NCBI RefSeq assembly: GCF_964204645.1
Contig: NC_134033.1
Coordinates: forward strand, 6,100,231-6,164,230
DNA from: Tubulanus polymorphus
Taxonomy: Eukaryota; Animalia; Nemertea
Direction of reading: 5' to 3'
DNA: 64,000 bases
Shown: positions 1-11,000 of the stretch, piece by piece
Numbering within the stretch: the stretch's first letter is position 1
Layout: each line of letters begins with the position of its first letter
Made by a program: the position numbers and the translations under genes
The notes under the pieces: generated by a model
Told to the model about the DNA's origin: nothing
Database searches by the model: none
Seen by the model: the letters and a program-made list of their open reading frames with translations, nothing else

Positions 1-659
1 TAATGTAATATATAGAAGCTTCATCGAGGGACTTGTGTTGTTATTTATTCTAAACCCGATATATAAACCCATATATTTAACAATGTTTGACTGGTGCGGC
101 CATTTTTTAATTGAGAACAAAATTTATGGCTAATTTCCTGGATACACCGCTGTACTAGCAAAATTTGTTATTGATTTACTTTACTTCGTTACTTAAAGAG
201 TTAGCCGTGCATTTAAACTGTCTGATACTGGCCTGTTAGTTACTCCTTAACCCTGAATCACCCTGTAAATATAACATTCACCCTTTAGCAACTGAATTGC
301 CCCAAAACTGCCCTGGTGATTAATCCCTAATCCGGATCACACTACAACGGCTTTCAGTAAGTAGATTCTACTCATTTCAAGAACTCAACTATTCCCAAAA
401 ATATTGAAATACAGTTGACCTCGCATAAGCTGCCACGCTGTAACTCGGACACTCATCAAAGTCTTACAAATTTCAAAATCCCTTGATTTTATTTCTTCAT
501 CAAATAATATAAAATTCTGTCTATAAGTCGTATAAACAGACAAGTCGCACACTCAAGAATGTGGTTCCATTTCTTTATTTTGCTGCAAATTTAATTGTAA
601 AAGTCACAGCTGTCGAGTGTATCATACCGATATTCTGTGGTATGAATACAGACGACATG

Positions 660-1702
660 AAATAAATACCTGACAGTCAAGTAGTCCATTTATCGATTGT
701 TCATATGTCCGTCCGTCCGTAGATGGAATCCAGTTATTTTGGGAAGTTTTGAAGACGCTTCAAGGTAATGTATTGATATTTGGTTTATACATGTATCTAC
801 CCTAGACACATTTTCAGCCCAAAAACTGGCATCGTCAGATTCAAGATGGCCGACTGGCAGCCATTGTTGTTTGTCAAAATCTGCACTTTTTACACTTTTT
901 GAGGGAAATTTTGAAGATGCTTTGATCAATTACCTTGATCTTTCGTATATATTTGAATCCCCCAAGGGCCCATCACCATAAGAAAAATGGGTCGATCGGA
1001 CTCAAGATGGCCGTCCTATGACCCTTTTTAGTGCTTTTTTGGCCCAAATTCTGGGTCCTGTAGCTTCCTACTGGTTTGCCATTTCTCATTGCAGGTATTT
1101 GTGATCGGCCAATTATGACGCAATTGGCGGCCATCTTGATATCATCAGTACTCATTTGTAGGTGGGAAAAAGTTTTTCCACATTATATTGATACCTATTG
1201 ATACCTATATTGATATTAAGCATATTTTGTTACCACAATCGATTGCAAAGTTGTAGCTCATGACATCATCTATGATTGTGGTGAGTTTTAAAGGCATTAG
1301 TTATTCTACCAGGGGGCGTTGAATAGTAGAATAACTTAGTATTTCCTTATTAGATTGGTACCTAGGTATATTTTGTAACCATGATCAATTGCAAAGTTGT
1401 AGTTTATAACATGTTCTATGATTTTGGTGAGTGTTAGGCTCATAGGGTTTTGCATATGGTCACCAGGGGGCGTTGAATAGAATTATTTAGTATATCCTTG
1501 TTAAATTGGTAACGAGGCATATTTTGTTATCACAATCAATTACAAGATCGTAATTGCTGACATGTTCTGTGATTGTGGTGAGTTTCAAGGTCATTGGTTT
1601 TTGTATAAGGTCATCAGGGGGTGTTGAATATTGAAATTGTTAGATTGTTGAGCATTGGAAACCACTTCCCAAGTGGGCGTGGTGTCCCTGGACCCCTAGT
1701 TT
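660..1702 (+). mobile_element. Helentron/DINE-like non-autonomous interspersed element with internal ~120-bp tandem units
   Basis: (GTCC)n microsatellite near the 5' end, AAGATGGCCG motifs, repeated GGGGGCGTTGAATA units, 3' GC hairpin before CTAGTT; homologous segments at 40615-41185 and 62368-62651. Confidence 0.6.
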
Positions 1703-2024
1703 GGTGAAAAATTTACTCTCCTTCCTGATGGAAACTACTACAATTTAACGTCAGCTAGCCCGGTCTGCTACGTAACGACCCGATATCACCACATCAATTA
1801 CTCATTTATTCTCTGAAGATCTGCAGAAATATCAGTAGTAGAAACGACTTCATTCTTATGATCGTGTGTTTTACTTCGAATGTTTACCGCGCCTTCTGAT
1901 GTGTTGTGGCCGGCGTAAGAAGATAGCTTCAGTTCGTTCGGCTTCATCGTGGTGATGTGAGTTTGATAGAACGAACCCTTTGTGTAGGTTGTTCACAAAA
2001 AATTTGTGTTTGTTTTATCTGTAG

Positions 2025-2089
2025 AATTGTAAGAAAACCAGCGAAGTATGTTTACAGCAGCGGTGAGGAAAACAATAACGAAGATTCAG
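2025..2089 (+). CDS. HLTF: HLTF-like exon (IVRKPAKYVYSSGEENNNEDS)
   Basis: Acceptor tttatctgtag, donor g|gtacgc; phase 1 end matches exon 3099; resembles the basic/acidic linker motif recalled in HLTF. Confidence 0.65.
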
Positions 2090-5000
2090 GTACGCATACG
2101 TCTGCAGATTTCTCCCTCCCCTTCTCCCATCTACGGTTAGAATTAAATTGACATCCTTGGCCCAGTTACAAAGTCGTGAGTTAGAGTTAACTCCGAGTTA
2201 AAGTTAAAGTTAGTTCATTTTCAATGAGTTAAATCTTAACTCACAACGGTGGAACTGGACCCTTAACGTTTATTTTCCGTTTTGTTTACGTTTAAAACAG
2301 AAATTGATTGGTGTTTAGGATTGAAATTAAACGCATACCGTACTGTGTACATCGTTGAAACGGTTTTAAAACACGTTCCAATCGCGCATACGTCGCGTTT
2401 CAATCGGAATGCCAGACGAGAACGTGAAGCGTTCAACGTGCAAATGATGTGCAATTTTCATTAAGTTAATTCTAAGCTGTACCGTCTATTAGGATCTATT
2501 CTCTTGCCTCCATCCTTGACCTTCCCATCTGTCTCTCGGAACTTTCATGAACTACTTAGGAACAATGTCGTATTCATGTAACTGATCTCTCTAGTGTTCT
2601 CGGTATGCTGGAATCTTAAAGGAACAATTATCTATATATTGATACGAAACAATGTACCAAATAGTGTCGCCGTGGAGAAGAATTGGACCTTGAATATTTG
2701 TGTGGTAGTCAATCATTGTATAAACTAATGCAACGGGTATAAACGGATGTGAAAATATTCATAGGGGGGCCAAACGGAGACATAGATTTTAGATGGCCTG
2801 ACTTAATTCCATTGCGAACAAATTGAACAGTTTGAAGTTCTGGGCCAAAGACAATCACCCGTGGTTTCCACAGTTATTACTCTAGTCAGCATTGATAGAA
2901 TGTCGACATCCACTCTGGTAGGGGTAGCAGATATTTTATAAGGGTTGACTGATTTTCTGAGGGAGCCGCACTGTGCGGAGAACACTGATCTCATCTAACT
3001 TTAAAATCGGAAGTAAAAAAATTGTCCCGAGATTTTTCATTCGCTTGGTCTTAAAATCGAAAGCATTCATATCACACTTAAATTCTTCATTCTTTCAGTG
3101 GAAAAAGAAGACGGAAAAGAGAAACAACCAAATGAAGAAGAAACACCGATTGCTTTTACTTCCGAGGCAGTGGTGGCGCCATCTACCGCATTAGTGGATA
3201 CAGCGACGGCCAAAACTCTCGCCGCGAACGTCAACGGTGCGATGGAACTCGAAGTGCAAGTTACAGCGACGCTTCGATCGAAAAAAGACAACGCGATCGT
3301 GTCATCTACGACACAATCGTCGACTGTGGAATTAGAAAACGTAACGAATGAATTAGTCGTCATGTCTGCAACGCGTACTGCCGTGTTGGACGCGATGTCG
3401 CCGAACCCTAGTTCGTCTCCCAGTTCTTCATCGAAAGAGATAGAACTGCGAGGTCGCGCGCCTGAAATAGGCGTCGTAGCAGCGGCAGAGACATTGTTAA
3501 CGTTGCCGGTGGCGGCCGCGACGCAGCCAGCTTCTTGCGACGTAAACACTGCGTCGCAAACTGTCCCGATGCCAGATTCGTTAGACCCGCCTAGGACAAA
3601 AACTGGCTCAATGCTAGATGCGGTAAACCCTTTAGCAGCTAAAACTGGCTTGATGCCAGATCCGGTAAACCCATTTGCAACTGAAACTGGCGCGGTGCCA
3701 GATTCGGTGAACCCGTCGGCAACAAAAAGTGATCCGATATCAGGACCACCAAACCCGTCTGCTACAAAGCCTGTTTTCGAGGTGAATACATCGTCAGCAA
3801 TAAACCATGAATCACAGACAGTCAAAACTCAGACGATTGAAGCGCGATCGATGTCTCGGCCAAGGAGGTGAGTAGCAAAAAAGTCGTGGACGTGAAACTT
3901 AAGTTCCGCTGTGTGAGTTGGTTTCACATTCAAGATTGATCAATTTTCAACTATACAGTCAAACTCTCAGTTAATTTGTCATGAGATAAGTTGTCAGATT
4001 ACTTCAGTTGTCTCTATTCTTGAGTCTCAATTTGCATTTCTAATTCAACTAACCTTTTCTCATGCAGGAATGCCCGGAAACCGGCCCGATTTCTCGACGA
4101 TGGCGAAACGGAGAATCATTCTACGCATATTCCAGACAAGTCGGAAATGACTAAAAAGACCAGAGGGAGACGTAAAAAGAGGAAATCTGATGAAGACGAC
4201 GAGGACTGGAAACCAGCAGAAAAGTTTATAAAAACCGAAACGTCATTTCCAGGCCTCCAATCAACAGGTCAGTAGAACATGATTGTAATTCTGACATCAT
4301 GGCTGGGTGACTGACCCTCGACTCGGGTTCCACAGGTCTAAGTTCAGATTCTTGAATTCAGATTGGGATTTGAGCAAAATCAATTCCAAGACCTGGTATT
4401 CCTGGAAATTCAGGGTTATTATAGGCTTTTCCTGGAAAACTCCTGGTATTTCAGGATCTTGGTCATCTGAAAATTTTCTACTTACGTTTTTGGTCAGTCT
4501 CATTTTCAAAGTTTAGTCTTGTGAATTTTGATTTGTGAAGTGTCTATACTATGTATGTTTGTAGAGCATTTGGCTCAAGTCTTCATAATTAGGCAATTAG
4601 TAATCACCATGATAAGATAAAAACCCACTATCTACAGATTAAAAGAATTTAAAAACAATAATTTATTTATTAAATCTAAAATATATATAAGACACGACGT
4701 TTCGACCTCACCCTAGAGATCATCGTCAGGTAACTTTTATCTTACTATCCGTTCACCACGTTTGAGTGTGGTTATCGTTCTAGTAATCATCATTATTCCA
4801 CCATTAAATTATGGACAGTTTTAAACAAGGGTATGTGTAATTTAGATAATGACTCATGTAGACACAGATCTTGGACTGCCTCTGTTAAATGGATTTAGCT
4901 TGAACAGATAAAATGATACAATCATAACAGTGATTCTAGCTGGGGGTGACCAAAATTAATTGTCTGATTGCTCTAAGGGTGAAAAAATAGTCCCAACACT

Positions 5001-8000
5001 AAATGTTTACAGGAAGTCTGGGGCCGGTTGCTCAATGGTTGGTTGAGATAACTGGTAGATAATTTCTTAACCAACGGTTAAGAGTTTAACCAACCTTTGA
5101 GCAGCCGGCCCCCTGAACTCAGTGAAATATCCACAGCAGTCTCAATGCTATCTATTGCACAGGTTTTACCATCCTAAAAATCTCATTGATTGTATTCTTT
5201 CAGATCCACCTTTGCCAAATCTGGTTCTTCCTAAACCCGAACCAGTTACACCTGTTTCATCAGGAGCTTCTACGCCGGCTGTATCGGATCCACCTTTACC
5301 GAATCTGGTTCTTCCTAAACCCGAACCGGTCACACCTGTCTCATCGGGAGCTTCAACATTTGCTGTATTGGATCCACCTTTACTGAATTTGGTTCTTCCT
5401 AAACCCGAAACAGTTACACCTGTCTCATCGCGAACTACTACTATACCCGTATTGGATCTGCCTTCACCGAATCTGGTTCTCCCTCAACCCGAGCTAGTAA
5501 CACCTGGTTCAACCAACTCACATTCTGTAGCTGAAGACAAAACATCTCTCCCATTGTCAACTGGTGCTAATCGAAATGTGCAATTCATCAACTCGACGAA
5601 GCCTGCGACCGCGACGAGTCTCGTCGTCTACGGTAACGGTTTCGATGTATTAGATTCGTCGAAAGTTCCATCGGCGATCAACGAAGAAATCGTTTGCGAC
5701 GACGGTACCGATAGTAGCGATCGTCGAAAGGTTATTTACGACGGCCCGCCGCGCACGACATCGCCGATAGCCATCAGCGACGAGTCGGACGACGCTGTAG
5801 CCGCCCCGACCGTATTGTCGAGCGATAATTCGCCCGACGTGAGCGTGACGAAGATCACGACGAATAAACGACGAAGTTCGAGTCGCGATAAGAAGGATCC
5901 CGTCTACGTTATCGATTCCGACGACGATTTCGATTTGCCGGATGTGTCGGCGATGTTCGCGCGATTCGACAGACCGGCGCCCCAACCATCTGCGACTGTT
6001 AAAACGTTGACGGTAAAAGCGACACCTTCGGGTATGATTACCGCGGCGACCGTTCGAAAGGCGTCTGCTTCATTTGGCGTGACCGAGAAACCGTCTGCCT
6101 CGTTTGGCGCTAGTGAAAAGTCCTCTGCCTCGGTTGGCGTGACTGAGAAACCTGCCGGTAAAGCGGGTAAAGGAAAAGGCAAATCGAAAGGAAAAAATGC
6201 CAAGGGAAAAACAAATTGGACCCCGGACGATGATTCGATTTCGACGCCTAGTACCGGATTATGCGGCAGTGCGTCGGGCCGCGCGACTCATTTCGGCACG
6301 CGCGGCACGCTGATTGTCTGTCCGTTGTCGGTGTTGAGCAACTGGGTCGATCAACTCGAGGAGCACGTCGATGCGCGCGTTCACCTGGCGATCTACTCGT
6401 ACTATGGCCCGCAGCGGTGCAAACGCGTCGCGCTGCTCGAGAAACAGGACATCGTTCTGACGACGTACATGACGCTGGCGACCGACTGGCGCGAGGCGAA
6501 CAACCCGAAAACGATGACGAAGTCGCCGCTGCATGAGGTCAAGTGGCTGCGCGTCGTGCTCGACGAAGGTCACATCATTCGCAACCCGAAAGCGCAACAG
6601 ACGAAGGCGATCGTCGACCTGACCGCCGAACGCCGGTGGGTGTTGACCGGCACGCCGATTCAGAACTCGATCAAGGATTTCTGGTCGTTGATGAATTTCC
6701 TGCGCGTGAAACCATTCACTGATCACACGTGGTGGAGTCGCACGATCGAACGGCCGATCACGCGTGGCGAGGAAAGCGCGTTCCGCCGCGTGCAGCACTT
6801 GATGACGAACGTCGCGTTGCGTCGCACAAAGAACCAGATTGTCGACGGTCGGCCGCTCGTCGCCTTGCCGTCGCGCACCGTTGTCAAGGAGACGATCGCG
6901 TTGTCCGACGAGGAGCGTAAGATCTACGACGCGATGCACACTGAGGGCCGGTTGATCATCAGCCGTTACTGCCGCCAAGGCACGTTGTTGCATCACTATG
7001 GCGAAGTGCTGACAATTTTGCTGCGTTTGCGTCAGATTTGCTGCCACCCATTTTTGGTGACAAAAGCGGCAAAAGTATCGATGCAGACGGCGAAAGATTT
7101 GGCGGCGTCGTCGCGCGGCGGCGCCGATGATGCAGATGTACCGGAGGCGGAATTACGACAGCGACTTATCAATAACTTATTGGCCGTTCTGAGTTCCGGG
7201 TCGGACGAAGAGTGCTCCGTCTGTTTGGACTCGCTGAAAGACGCGGTGATCACGCATTGCGCGCACGTGTTTTGTCGTGCGTGCATTGTGGGGGCGTTGC
7301 GCGCGGCTGACGGCGGCGCCACATCTGGACCGTGCCCGTTGTGCCGGGCTCCGGTTGATGAACGCAGGCTGGTGAATGTACCGCCCGAATCGGAGAGGCC
7401 GGCGGAACCGGTCGTGATACAAACCGACAATGGGCCATGGCACTCGAGTGCGAAGGTAAGAAATTTTGAATTTTGATAAAGGGAATGAAAATGCCATTGA
7501 TTATTTCTTTAGATTCATCAACTCATTGAGTGCATTAATAGCTGATTCGAGGAATTTTTCCCCTCGACTGACCCCAACCAAGTGTTATTAGCTGGCTCAA
7601 GGTTTATCAGGGTGGCCTAAAAAATGAGAAGGTGCGTGAAATTATTTGTGATTGCTAGATTGCGTGTATTATCAAAAAGTTTCTGTCCATGCTTATGGAT
7701 TTGACTGTTACAGTTAATTGATAGAATTCTTAGCAGATCCTGAGCAGATGGAGTCAGGGAAAACAACATGCATGTCGGAAAATAGTCGTGAAAAAAGCAA
7801 GTCGAATTAAAGTGGGCTCCCTGTTTCTTTTCCTCCTCTCTTGCCACTCGTAGTCTAGGTAGCTGAACGAGAGCCCCAAGGGGCACTATGGCCAGCCTGT
7901 CAGCTTTTCATAAAATGGCAAATGATGATGCATTCTGTCGTTAAATTTGTCAAAATACACTCCCAGCTCAAAGTCAATATCTAATAATTTACACAATACA

Positions 8001-11000
8001 ATACAATCATAGAATACTAAAGTAGCACAGACAGCGACTGGATCAGACAGGAACAAATACCTCAGATAAATCTTTCCCTTGGTCCTTATTCATTTTAATG
8101 CGGAATAGAAATTAATTTTCTGAAATTTGCTCAATAAAACAAAATTGAATTGGATTTGATATTTTTTTCAGAATGAAATTTGATTGAATTTGTAGTTTGA
8201 GCACATGGCTAATTAGCATATCAAGGTCATCTATCCGATTTGAGAAAAAGCAATTTTTCCCGGACTTTGCACAAGGGTCAATGATATTTTCTGTGGTGCT
8301 AATAAAAATATTCCTCCCAAAAACCAAATCAACTAAAAGCTTTCACAGAAATCGATCTTGAAATACAATTTTAGATCTTAAAATAAAACCCGGAAGGAAA
8401 ACTGTAGACGATACTGCGGGTTCACGTGAACACCTGCTAATTTCTGCGGCTAAGCCAATCATAGCGGAGTCTTTGCTTTCAAAACCAATATTTTTGTGAT
8501 CAGATATTCGCGAAAAAGCTCATATGAATTTTAACGAGGCTCTCTTTCAAAATTCAGCTACGTAGAGTTTGGAGAATGGATAATGCTTTAATGAATGATC
8601 TGTATGAATATATGCCCAGTTGCACATTCAAAGAGCCTTTGCTCTGGAAACCATGTTATTTAAATGCGCTCCATGTGTATAGTAATAGGCTCAGCTTACG
8701 GCTGACCTAATGAAACCACTGAGTGTTGCCACTTCTCAGCGTCTGTATGAACTAGTAGTGTAGCAAGTGACAAGCATAAATGAATAGAATTGTTGAAAAC
8801 TCTGGACAGGGTGGCCATTGACCTGGAAATAATGGGAACAGGAATAAACAATCTGGGAAATTTTGATATGCTGCATTTCTTAACATTTAGTGTGGAGAGT
8901 GGCCACCCTGCAGGGGGACCGGGTCTAGAACTAGAGGGGTAAAAGCTGGCTGTGTTTGAATCGGTCAAACCTTCGCCCACCAATTAACCACTCGGCAATT
9001 TCACTATGTAGTGTCAATTACTCCTCTGAAAATTCAAGGGAAAATCCAAGTTCATCACGATACCGAATAGCTCAATCTGCATTACAAGTTAGTGTTACCC
9101 CAGTGAAGTTCATTACTTGTTCCTTATTCCTTATTCCGTTACTTATTGAGAATTCATCTCCCAATAAGGAACAAGTAACATGTTACTTGTTCCTTATTCA
9201 GATTTTCTTGTTACTTATTGAGAATTCATCTCCCAATAAGGAACAAGTAACATGTTACTTGTTCCTTGTTCCTTATTCAGATTTTCTTCTTTACCGGTTC
9301 AATTTTCGTTACTTATTCAGTATTCATCGCCGAATAAGTAACAAGTAACTTGTTACTTATTACTTATTCAGATTTTCGTCTTAACCGGTTCAATTTTCGT
9401 TACTTATTCAGAATTCATCTCCCATGAAGGAACAAGTAACTTGTTACTTATTTGGATTTTCTTGTTACTTATTGAGAATTCATCTCCCAAAAAGGAACAA
9501 GTCAGATTTTCTCGTTACTTATTTGCCAGGTGGCGCTGGTATACACTATGCCGTAGTTTACGTAACTATGTCTACTCTGCTGATAAACAAACTTGACCTC
9601 GACCTTGACAACAAATCGCCAGGTGATGAGCCAATCCAGACGTCTAAACACGATTGCGTTACCACGTGTGCCGACCGCGAGAGCGAGAGCCAACCATTTA
9701 ATCAATAAACCATTGATTGTTCCCGATTCAAAGTTCGTCGTTACCAGCTCAACTTTCGTTACTGGTTCGAAATGTATATGTTTTTTCCGTCTCTATCATC
9801 ACTTAAAAACCATAAATCGATTCGCGCGGCGTTATGGTCTTAGTATCGGCACGTCCTCCGGTATCGAATATCCCCCAAAAAACCGACAGGCGATCTCTCA
9901 CGACCTCCGCAGAGGGTTGTTACGTATTCAGAATTGTCTGGTTCAATTTTCGTTACTTATTGAGAATTCATCTCCCAATAAGGAACAAGTAACATGTTAC
10001 TTGTTCCTTGTTCCTTATTCAGATTTTCTTGTTACTTATTGGGCGATGAATTCTGAATAAGTAACGAAAATTGAACCGGTAAAGACGAAAATCTGAATAA
10101 GTAACAAGTAACAAGTTACTTGTTCCTTATTGGGCGATGAATTCTCAATAAGTAACAAGAAAATCTGAATAAGGAACAAGTAACATGTTACTTGTTCCTT
10201 ATTGGGAGATGAATTCTCAATAAGTAACGGAATAAGGAATAAGGAACAAGTAATGAACTTCACTGGGGTGTTAGTGTTGGTTAGTTGTAAATAGTCAAGG
10301 CTTTCATATGATGTAAGATTTGATGAGGCGGGCTACCAAAATCGTGTCCTTATGGCCCCCGAAATTCATCCAAACTTACTTGGATTTGAAGTGAGCGCTC
10401 AGATCTGTCATGCACATACTCTAGAAATTGAAAAAGGAGGATGTTGTTTCCTGTACGGTATTTCGAGGACTTGGGTGTTGTTCGATGTAGAAGAACCTAA
10501 AAACCACTGGGATCAAACAACACCTATAAACGACACACACACACACATGATTTAAGTTGGAATATTTAATTGTTAATCTAAACTAAACTGTATCTAAGAC
10601 AGCTGCCAGTACAAGAAAATAGAAAATATACATTTACAATAGACAGGTAAAAGGTTCACAATGAGTTCTGTTCGGCGATCTGCGACACGCGGAAATACGG
10701 TAACGCGGAAATACGGTAACACGAAAATACGCCAACGCAAAGTACGCAAACACAAACGCAAAGTACGGAAAAGCGAAATCCGGAAACGCGAAGTCCAGAA
10801 ACACGGAAATACGCGAAAGGTTGATAATCCTCTGTGGTCTGACGAATGAACACCGTCACGTCACGTCATTCGTGTATTAATTCTTCACGAATTAATACAC
10901 GAATGGAAAGACGATAGACATCATCGTCATCGACTCGAAGCACATCTAATACCAATAACGCAAGATATATTCACATGTTGAATAGACTAGACGGGGTCAT

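Noticed and set aside
1750-1962. Possible first exon of the helicase gene (GTGAGT donor at 1957), which would imply a protein lacking HIRAN and Walker A
   Set aside because: The required frame has a stop and no ATG, and the 2025 exon resembles an internal HLTF linker. Upstream exons outside the window are more likely, though an alternative TSS cannot be excluded.
3067-3825. 252-aa minus-strand ORF
   Set aside because: Antisense shadow of the HLTF-like exon; only the plus frame has fitting splice sites.
6259-7047. 262-aa antisense ORF and other ORFs overlapping the helicase exon
   Set aside because: Shadow frames of GC-rich coding sequence with no recognisable motifs.
8956-10263. ORFs with repeated LLIENSSPNKEQVTCYL
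   Set aside because: Translations of foldback TIR subrepeats.
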